Shown in pieces: positions 24,078 to 25,759 of a DNA stretch of 25,759 nt; position 1 is the stretch's first letter, and each line of letters opens with the position of its first letter. The translations under genes and the position numbers were made by a program. The notes beneath the pieces were generated by a model, which saw only the letters and a program-made list of their open reading frames with translations, was not told the DNA's origin and did no database searches. The stretch spans positions 1 to 25,759 of the forward strand of contig JBBRNJ010000105.1 of assembly GCA_038230375.1 (NCBI GenBank), written 5' to 3'. Origin of the DNA: Polyangiales bacterium (GTDB lineage: Bacteria; Myxococcota_A; Polyangia; Polyangiales; Polyangiaceae).

Positions 24078-25759
24078 TCAGAGGTACTTCTCCCCTCGCT
24101 TCACGAGACCCATGACGATGAAGTCGTTCAGGTACGAAGGCAGGTAGCCCGTCGCACGGAAATCACCGATGACCTTGCCCTTGGGGCCTGTTCCGGTGCG
24201 CACGAACTCGAAGATGGGCAGGGTCTCGATCTCGCCGGTGTCGCGCTCCATCCCGATGACCTCGCTGATGGCGACGATCTTGCGCGAGCCGTCGGAGAGG
24301 CGCGACTGCTGGACGATGACGTGGACGCTGCCGGCGATCTGCTCACGGATGGCGCGCACGGGGAGATCGACGCCGGCCATGAGGACGAGCGTCTCGAGAC
24401 GTGCGATGGCCTCCTTCGGGGAGTTTGCGTGCGTCGTGGTGAGCGAGCCGTCGTGGCCAGTGTTCATGGCCTGCAGCATGTCGAGCGCCTCACCACCACG
24501 ACACTCACCGACGACGATGCGGTCAGGGCGCATGCGCAGCGCGTTCTTCACGAGGTCGCGAATGGTGTACTCGCCGCGGCCTTCGAGGTTCGCCGGGCGC
24601 GTTTCGAGCGAGACGACGTGCGGCTGCTTGAGCTGGAGCTCGGCGGCGTCCTCGATCGTGACGATGCGCTCTTCTTCCGGGATGACGCCCGAGAGGACGT
24701 TGAGCAGCGTGGTCTTTCCGGAGCCCGTGCCGCCGGAGATGACGATGTTCTTCTTTGCGATCACGGAGCGCGTGAGAAAGAGCGCCATCTGCGGGGTGCA
24801 CGTCCCGTAGCTGATCAGCTTGTCGAGCGTGAGCGGGACCTTCGCGAACTTTCGGATCGTGATGCACGACCCGCGAAGCGCGATCGGCTTGATGACGGCG
24901 TTCACACGCGAGCCGTCCTTGAGTCGCGCGTCCACCAGGGGTGATGACTCGTCGATGCGGCGGCCGAGCGGCGTGACGATGCGCTCGATGACGGCGCGCA
25001 CACGTTCGTCGTCCGTGAAGCGTGCCTCGCTGAGGCGGATCTTGCCGTTGTGCTCGATGTAGATCGTGTTCGGATCGACGACCATGATTTCGCTCACGGT
25101 CGGGTCGGAGAGGAAGCGTTCGAGCGGGCCCAGGCCGAGCGCCTCGTCACTGAGCTCGCCGATGAGCGTGTCGCGATCCATCTCCTTCGGGATGCGCGCA
25201 TCCATGGAGCCCACGATGCGACGGAGCGCGTTCAGCACCTTGGGGCGCATCGACGGATCGTCGAGCTTCTTCGCGTCGATGGTGGCAAGGTCGAGGTGCT
25301 CGAGCAGCGCCTTGTGGATGTCGCGCCGGAGCTCGACGTCCTTCTTGCGCGAGTCGTCCATGTGCCGCACGGGCATCTGCTGCGCCGCGGCCACCGGTGC
25401 GGTCGGCGACATGTGCTGCGCCGGATGTCCTGCATGATGAACGCCATTCTGCGCGGTCATCCCGTTCGCACCGCCTGGCATTCCGCCGTTCATGCCATTC
25501 ATGGCGGGGTTCTGGCCGGACACATTTACAGGGTTTGGCCCCATGTAGGAGCCAAGGTGCTGCTGCGCATGGCGGAGCGCGCCCGTCGGATCTTGAGGCG
25601 CAAACGTGGGGGGAGGATGCGTGGCGCCATGCGTTGCAGCATGCGTGGGCGGGGGATGGCTACCCGACATGGCGGTCGGGTGCCCCGCGTGAGCGCCTTG
25701 CGTGCCGTGCGCTGTCGGATGCCTCTCCTGGGCGGCGGCCGGGAAGAAGAACACCGTGA
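24078..25759 (-). CDS. cpaF: CpaF/TadA family pilus ATPase with a long N-terminal extension, 5'-truncated by the window edge
   Basis: GLGPLERFLSDPTVSEIMV, DARLKDGSRVN, GGTGSGKTT, IEDAAEL, RMRPDRIVVGECRG, NTGHDGSLTTTHAN. The frame is open to the window end, and a His/Pro/Met-rich linker precedes the ATPase. Confidence 0.93.
   Translation of the reverse strand, partial: TVFFFPAAAQERHPTAHGTQGAHAGHPTAMSGSHPPPTHAATHGATHPPPTFAPQDPTGALRHAQQHLGSYMGPNPVNVSGQNPAMNGMNGGMPGGANGMTAQNGVHHAGHPAQHMSPTAPVAAAQQMPVRHMDDSRKKDVELRRDIHKALLEHLDLATIDAKKLDDPSMRPKVLNALRRIVGSMDARIPKEMDRDTLIGELSDEALGLGPLERFLSDPTVSEIMVVDPNTIYIEHNGKIRLSEARFTDDERVRAVIERIVTPLGRRIDESSPLVDARLKDGSRVNAVIKPIALRGSCITIRKFAKVPLTLDKLISYGTCTPQMALFLTRSVIAKKNIVISGGTGSGKTTLLNVLSGVIPEEERIVTIEDAAELQLKQPHVVSLETRPANLEGRGEYTIRDLVKNALRMRPDRIVVGECRGGEALDMLQAMNTGHDGSLTTTHANSPKEAIARLETLVLMAGVDLPVRAIREQIAGSVHVIVQQSRLSDGSRKIVAISEVIGMERDTGEIETLPIFEFVRTGTGPKGKVIGDFRATGYLPSYLNDFIVMGLVKRGEKYL

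Noticed and set aside
19472..25759. Conjugative VirB11/T4SS or mobile element
   Set aside because: The ATPases are flanked by TadB/TadC. No relaxase, VirB4, integrase or transposase is present in the window.

Overview
GC-rich, gene-dense bacterial window. Lipoprotein style, TPR/PEGA modules, FHA-linked Tad genes and planctomycete-type cytochrome motifs suggest Myxococcota, probably Polyangiaceae/Sorangiineae (inference). Left part (1-7.4 kb): an FGE/SUMF1-family protein with a Ser/Thr hexamer-repeat linker; a stripped-down NB-ARC/STAND ATPase transcribed divergently from a fused pxpA-pxpB plus pxpC 5-oxoprolinase unit; and a minus-strand operon (rhomboid/derlin-like Zn-finger protein, histidine kinase, OmpR-type regulator, DUF3293 protein, small protein). 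Middle (7.4-17.2 kb): nine uncharacterised envelope genes, the best candidate for an undescribed system. They encode five predicted lipoproteins carrying seven canonical or non-canonical heme-c motifs (CX2CH, CX4CH, CX6CH), a DUF4266 lipoprotein, a DUF3570-like outer-membrane barrel with a large N-terminal extension, an HxC lipoprotein and a Tat-exported divergent DUF1501 protein. Right part (17.5-25.76 kb): the distal part of a Tad/Kil-like pilus operon with two complete CpaF/TadA ATPases, TadB, TadC, a TPR lipoprotein and two membrane-anchored degenerate-FHA proteins. No rRNA, tRNA, CRISPR array or mobile element was recognised. Family calls come from motif recognition by eye, not from database searches.
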